Source: Meiothermus sp. (GTDB lineage Bacteria > Deinococcota > Deinococci > Deinococcales > Thermaceae). Taken from it: a stretch of DNA of 64,000 bases. The notes under the pieces were generated by a model. It was given only the letters and a program-made list of their open reading frames with translations. It made no database searches and had not been told where the DNA came from. Location: positions 1 to 64,000 of the forward strand of contig JANRLD010000032.1 of assembly GCA_033762915.1 (NCBI GenBank), given 5' to 3'. This document shows, in pieces, positions 57,853 to 64,000 of this stretch. Made by a program: the position numbers and the translations under genes. Every line of letters begins with the position of its first letter. The first letter of the stretch is position 1.

Positions 57853-58308
57853 AGCCGTGCGAATCTGCTTCAAAGCGTGCTCCTCGGCCTCGCTGACCTG
57901 TACCCCGCCTACTCCGAACAGACCGCCCTCCGTGGCGGCCTGGGCGGCGTCTTGGGCGATCAGCAGCAGCCACTCCCTAAAGACCCGGGCCTCGTCCTGG
58001 TCGGCCTTAAGTTGCAGTAGTCGGGCTACCGCCTCGAGCTCTGCCAGCGCCAGCTCGGCCGCGTTCCTCTAGGTGAGCCGCTCGACCGGCCTGGCGAGCT
58101 GGCCCTGGCTGCCCCGGATATCGGCGGCCAGGGCCTGAATCAGCGGCGAGTGGGTCTGGCCCAGTGAGAGCAGATTCTCGGTCACGGCGCCCGACTCCTC
58201 GAGGACGCCGCTGATCCCGCTGGGGGCGGCCAGCGTGACCAACAGCCCCACCATGAAGGGCGCTCGAGCCAGGAGCGCCCACTCTTCGGAGGTGAAGCTG
58301 GATTTCAT
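57832..58308 (-). pseudogene. Hypothetical helical protein interrupted by an in-frame TAG
   Basis: Frame continues past TAG (58069-71) as RNAAELAL...EGGLFGVGGVQVSEAE...GVENS*. Confidence 0.75.
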
Positions 58309-58382
58309 GGCAGCGCCGGGCGGCGGATTTCCGAGAGCCGATACCGAGCGCGATGATCTAACAGGTATCGGCCAGCGGCGCT

Positions 58383-59846
<1,464 letters not shown>

Positions 59847-59942
59847 GAAGATATTTTATAGGGAAGGGAAGAGGGAAGGCCAAAGGCGGCGAAAGGCGGG
59901 GCAAGGCAGCTACCTGTCCCTACGGTTGTCGGGCTTGGTCCT

Positions 59943-61244
59943 TCAGGCTGTTTTCGGCAGGAACACTCTTGCCGTAAACCCACGCCCCGGCTGGCTATCG
60001 AGTTGCAGGCTTCCCCCGTGCAACTCGGCGATGTGGCGCACTATCGCCAGGCCCAGGCCGTTGCCGCCGCCGCTGCGGGCACTGTCGGGGCGGTAGAAGG
60101 CCTCGCCCAGGTGCCCCAGGGCCTCGCTCGAGACACCCGGCCCCTGGTCCTCTACGCACAACAGCACGCCGTTCTCGGTGCGCTGCAGGCCGACCGTGAC
60201 CGGGGCTCCGGGAGCGTGGCGCAGGGCGTTTTGCAGCAGGTTCTCGAGCATCTGGCTCAGCAGCACCGCGTCGCCGGGAACCTCGCCGACGTCGTCGGCG
60301 ATGAAGTCGATGGGGGTGTCGGGCGAGTGTTCGCGGGCGCGGTCCACGGCTTCCGCCGCGATGTGGGTCAGCACCACGCTGCGGAAGGAGAGTGAGGAGG
60401 GGTCGCGGGCCAGCAGCAGCAGGTGGTTGGTCAGCCTGTTCAGCCGCTCCACGTCGGCCCCGATCTCGCGCAGCTCGGCTTTGTAGCGCTCGGGGTCGCG
60501 CTCGCGGGCCAAGGTGGCCTGGATGCGGGTCTGGAGCGCGGTCAGGGGCGAGCGCAGGTCGTGGGCGGCGGCACGGGTGAACTCCTTCTCGCGCTCGCGG
60601 GTCTGGGCCAGTTGCTGGAAGCTATGCTGCAGGGTCTGGGCCAGCAGACCCAGCTCGTCACTCTTCTCGGAGTAGGGCACCTTCTTGGTCAGGTCGCCGC
60701 CGCTGCCGATCTCGCGTGCGGCCTGCTCGAGCGAGCGAATCGGCCGCAGCAGCCGCCCGGCTGTGACCCACCCTGCCAGCGCCATCAGCAGCAGGGCCGG
60801 CGGCAGGGTGACCGCCAAGGCCTGAAGGTAGGCCGCCCGGGGTTCGCTGAGGGCGTCCGGGTTGGTGGCCAGGGTCAGATACATGGGCCCGCTGATGGAG
60901 GCAATCTTCTGCACCCACAGCAGCCGATCCTCCACCCGGTACCAGCCGTCCCGGCGGATCATCTCGATCTCGAGCGGGAACTGGGCGCTGTGCTCGAGAC
61001 TCTCAAAGCTGTCGCTGAGTCGCCACTCGAGGTCTTTGGGGAAGGTCGGGCTGACCTCCACCTTGTAGCTCAGGTTGCGCCAGTCGGGCACCACCCAAAT
61101 CTTGCGCGTGGCCGCCAGCAGCCGCTCCTGCTGGCTGTTGTCCAGAAACCGATCCACTGCCAGGAACAAGGCTCCCGAGACCAGCAGCAGTGCCAGCGCA
61201 CTCCACAGCGTGACGATCAGGGCGAAGCGGGTGCGGATGTTCAT
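59943..61244 (-). CDS. HAMP sensor histidine kinase
   Basis: 2 TM; AHDLRSPLT, NLLQNA, DQGPG and GLGLAI motifs. Confidence 0.95.
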   Translation of the reverse strand: MNIRTRFALIVTLWSALALLLVSGALFLAVDRFLDNSQQERLLAATRKIWVVPDWRNLSYKVEVSPTFPKDLEWRLSDSFESLEHSAQFPLEIEMIRRDGWYRVEDRLLWVQKIASISGPMYLTLATNPDALSEPRAAYLQALAVTLPPALLLMALAGWVTAGRLLRPIRSLEQAAREIGSGGDLTKKVPYSEKSDELGLLAQTLQHSFQQLAQTREREKEFTRAAAHDLRSPLTALQTRIQATLARERDPERYKAELREIGADVERLNRLTNHLLLLARDPSSLSFRSVVLTHIAAEAVDRAREHSPDTPIDFIADDVGEVPGDAVLLSQMLENLLQNALRHAPGAPVTVGLQRTENGVLLCVEDQGPGVSSEALGHLGEAFYRPDSARSGGGNGLGLAIVRHIAELHGGSLQLDSQPGRGFTARVFLPKTA

Positions 61245-61317
61245 AAGGCCGGAGAGAGGCGAGAAGAGAGAGAGGGGGGCGGGACGGTCGTGATGGGCGT
61301 GATGGGCGTGATGTACC

Positions 61318-61980
61318 TTATATCTCGAGCCGATACCCCCGTCCCCGGCTGCTGCTGATGACCTCGGCGGCCAGCTTGCGGCGGAGGTAGCTGATGTACA
61401 CGTCCACGATGCGGGCCTCCCCAGCGAAGTCTGGCCCCCAGACCCGCTCCAGGAGTTCGTCGCGGGTGTACCAGCGCTCGCTGCCCAGGGCCAGGGTCTC
61501 GAGCAGGGCGTACTCGCGGGCGGTCAAGGTGACCTCGGCCTCGTCCCAGAAGACCCGGCGGTTGGTGGTGTCCATCACCCCCCGCCCGGCCCCAAAGCCG
61601 ATCCTGGACTGGCGGGCGTTCTGGCTGCGGCGGGCTAGCGCCCGCAGCGTCGCCAGCAACTCGGGCAGCTCGAAGGGCTTGGTCAGGTAGGCGTCGCCGC
61701 CGATGTCCAGGCCGTGGACTCGGTCGGAGAGGCCGTCGCGGGCGGTGAGGAAGAGGATGCTGCCCTCGAGGTTCTCCTCGCGCAGTCGCCGGGCCAGCTC
61801 AAAACCGCTCAGTCCGGGGAGCATCACGTCCAGGATAAGCAGCGGGTAACGGCCTGCCCGGGCCTCCTCGAGGCCCTCTAGGCCGTTCTTGCGCCAGACT
61901 GTCTCAAACCCCGCCTCGCGCAGGGCCAGCACCGTCGGCTCGGCTATTCTCGGGTCATCTTCGACAAGCAGTAGTCGCAT
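61318..61980 (-). CDS. OmpR-family response regulator
   Basis: LLVEDD, LDVMLPG and YLTKPF motifs; winged-helix C-terminus. Confidence 0.96.
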   Translation of the reverse strand: MRLLLVEDDPRIAEPTVLALREAGFETVWRKNGLEGLEEARAGRYPLLILDVMLPGLSGFELARRLREENLEGSILFLTARDGLSDRVHGLDIGGDAYLTKPFELPELLATLRALARRSQNARQSRIGFGAGRGVMDTTNRRVFWDEAEVTLTAREYALLETLALGSERWYTRDELLERVWGPDFAGEARIVDVYISYLRRKLAAEVISSSRGRGYRLEI

Positions 61981-61984
61981 ACGT

Positions 61985-62128
61985 TCAGACAGAGTCTACC
62001 GGGGATTGCTCATCCCGAACCCGCGCCAGCTCCCTCAAAAAGCGCTGGCTGTCCCAGAGCAGCAGGCTCACGCTGACCACAAAGACCAGCCCGGTTGCGG
62101 CAGTGAGCATCAGTATGTCGGCGAACAT
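61985..62128 (-). CDS. 47-aa single-TM small protein (not in the ORF track)
   Basis: [55 protein letters not shown]; stop is 4 nt before the response regulator ATG. Confidence 0.65.
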   Translation of the reverse strand: MFADILMLTAATGLVFVVSVSLLLWDSQRFLRELARVRDEQSPVDSV

Positions 62129-62422
62129 TACGGTAACCTCCTATGTAAGTGAAAAGCGGCGAAGGGCAGTGAAAAGGGGTAACAAGTTGCCGGAAACGCG
62201 AAGCCTGTCTGGTCTGGCCTTGGCCGCCTCTTACTGCCTTTCACTAAGTTTGGGCAGGGGCGGTGCCTCCTCCGAACACCGCCCTCGCCCGGATGCATGG
62301 GGCTCGAGGCCGAGGGTCGGGCAGGTGGCTCGGGTTGCCCGGCTGGATCAAAGCGGCTAACCCGGTCGCCCACGCTGCACATCCCTCGCCAAGGCCCCCC
62401 GGCCGACCAACGCACGCGCCCG

Positions 62423-62662
62423 CTACTGCACCTTCGGCTGGGGGTTGGCGCTGAAGTTGACGAACTGCAAGGCGGCACCCTGGGGCTTTTGAGCTGCAGC
62501 ATCGCTCTTGGCGCACTTGTTGGCCACCTTGGCGACGGGCTGCCGGATGAACTGCACGTTGTCGTAGACGCCCAGTTGCTGCGGGGTGGCGATCAGCTGG
62601 GCTGCCAGGGCCGCCACGCCGCCGATCACCGCCACGCCCAGGGTTATTAGCCGTATCCTCAC
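62423..62662 (-). CDS. Small exported protein
   Basis: AAGGAGG RBS; GTG start; signal-peptide-like N-terminus. Confidence 0.65.
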   Translation of the reverse strand: MRIRLITLGVAVIGGVAALAAQLIATPQQLGVYDNVQFIRQPVAKVANKCAKSDAAAQKPQGAALQFVNFSANPQPKVQ

Positions 62663-62834
62663 TCCACCACCTCCTTGATCCCGATGGTGGGGCCGGGCCG
62701 TTAAGCGCTGGTTAACAGCGTACGCTTGGGGGGGGCGGGTTAACCTTTGATGAACGGACCGGCACCCAGCACAAAAACGGTCGGCGTGGCGGTGTTTGCC
62801 GCAGCCGGTATTCGCGCGAACTGCTCTAGAACGC

Positions 62835-63341
62835 TCAATCGAACCTTGAGAGGAACGCCACCATAAAGGCCGCGCAGTCGTCGGCGTGCTGGGCGGTGAC
62901 GAGGTTGCCGTCTATCACCACCCGCTGGTGCTCGAGGTAAGTGGCCCCGGCGTTCTCGAGGTCCTCGCGGATTGAGCTGAATCCGGTCAGGGTGCGGCCC
63001 TTGACCGCCCCGGCGCTGATTAAGGCCCAGCCCGCATGGCAGATCGCGCCCAGCGGTTTTTTCTGCGCATCTATCTCCGTGATGAGCCGGGTCATGCTCT
63101 TGTGGCGGCGGATGCGGTCGGGGGCGAAGCCACCGGGGACGATCAGGCCCGCCAGATCATCGGACTTCACCTCGCTGGCCGCGACCGTGGCCTCGAAGGT
63201 GAAGGGCGTCTTGCCATGAAAGCTGCCCGCCCGGGGTCCGATCACCAGCGGCGCGAAGCCCGCCTCTTGCACGCGGTAGAAGGGGTAGATCACCTCGCGC
63301 TCGTCGAAGTAGTCCTCGAGCAGAATCCCGACGGTCTTCAT
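62835..63341 (-). CDS. PfpI/DJ-1 family (type 1 glutamine amidotransferase-like) protein
   Basis: VPGGFAPDRIR, AICHAG and VVIDGNLVT motifs. Confidence 0.93.
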   Translation of the reverse strand: MKTVGILLEDYFDEREVIYPFYRVQEAGFAPLVIGPRAGSFHGKTPFTFEATVAASEVKSDDLAGLIVPGGFAPDRIRRHKSMTRLITEIDAQKKPLGAICHAGWALISAGAVKGRTLTGFSSIREDLENAGATYLEHQRVVIDGNLVTAQHADDCAAFMVAFLSRFD

Positions 63342-63443
63342 GCGGCGATTCTACGGGGAAGCGGCCGGGGCGACTCGAGTTTGGGTGACGTTTCGAGTGC
63401 CGGATGCCGACGGTGTCCGGTCCTCAAGGTCGGCTTTCGGCGC

Positions 63444-64000
63444 TCAGCCCTCGGCCGCCCTTATCCGCTCGAGCAGTTCGTGGACGATGTTGCCCGTCAG
63501 GCCCCAGATGTCGTAGCCCTTCCAGGGGTAGTGCCACAGGCGGGCCTTGAAGGGGGAGTCGGGGGCAACGAAGACCTCGCGGACTTCGGGGCGGACGTTG
63601 GGGGGCAGGCGGTTGAGCTGGCGAACCTCGGTGTAGGCAGCGGTGGTCTGTAGTTCGGTGATGGGCACCCACAGCACCTTGTCCACCTCGTGTGCGTTGA
63701 GGTCGAGCTGGGGCTCCTGCGTGACCAGGCCCACCACCGGGAAGACCCGGAAGCCGAAAGGGGAGAGCAGCGGGCTGAGCCGACCCACGATCTCGACGTG
63801 CTCGCCGGGCAGACCGACCTCTTCCCAGGCCTCGCGCAGGGCGCACTGCTCATAACTCTCGCCTTCATCGAGCCGCCCCCCGGGGAAGCTGATCTGGGCC
63901 GCGTGGGAGTTGAGGTTGGCGCTGCGGACGGTGAGCAGCAGTTGCTCCTGCCAGATCGGAACCAGCACCGCCGCGTCGCGGAAACCCTTGGGCAGCTCGA
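63444..64000 (-). CDS. CoA pyrophosphatase (Nudix); 5' end outside the window
   Basis: AAVLVP, H..QISFPGG...ALREAWEEVGL and IWGLT motifs. Confidence 0.92.
   Translation of the reverse strand, partial: ELPKGFRDAAVLVPIWQEQLLLTVRSANLNSHAAQISFPGGRLDEGESYEQCALREAWEEVGLPGEHVEIVGRLSPLLSPFGFRVFPVVGLVTQEPQLDLNAHEVDKVLWVPITELQTTAAYTEVRQLNRLPPNVRPEVREVFVAPDSPFKARLWHYPWKGYDIWGLTGNIVHELLERIRAAEG

Noticed and set aside
58069..58071. Pyrrolysine or other programmed recoding of the amber codon
   Set aside because: No pyl genes in the window, and TAG is used as a normal stop in many neighbouring genes.

Overview
High-GC bacterial chromosome segment, most likely Thermaceae (Meiothermus/Calidithermus-like). 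This is inferred from the cbaDBA ba3 oxidase, mglBA, archaeal-type aspS2, short DnaJ and many apparently leaderless starts. Most of it is housekeeping: fadE, arginase, qor, M16 peptidase, proA, dnaK-grpE-dnaJ, truA, a wzx/GT4/O-antigen-ligase cluster, aspS2, three tRNAs, 2-PG kinase, tmk, Nif3, HD-GYP, cba, mglAB, M20 peptidase, a Rad52-like gene, ygiBC plus a K+ channel, DUF853, a two-component system, PfpI and a Nudix hydrolase. There are two low-GC islets: a helical-repeat protein plus amidohydrolase pair (1-3096) and a lone PD-(D/E)XK nuclease upstream of dnaK. The main unexplained signals are: (1) an apparent leaderless Asp-Asp-Asn leader-peptide attenuator upstream of the non-discriminating AspRS; (2) strong over-representation of CTCGAG, which also marks a head-to-head fusion of two truncated genes and a 72-bp in-frame insertion; (3) a dispersed ~100-180 bp MITE-like repeat family with about nine copies. 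All calls were made by eye; no database searches were run.
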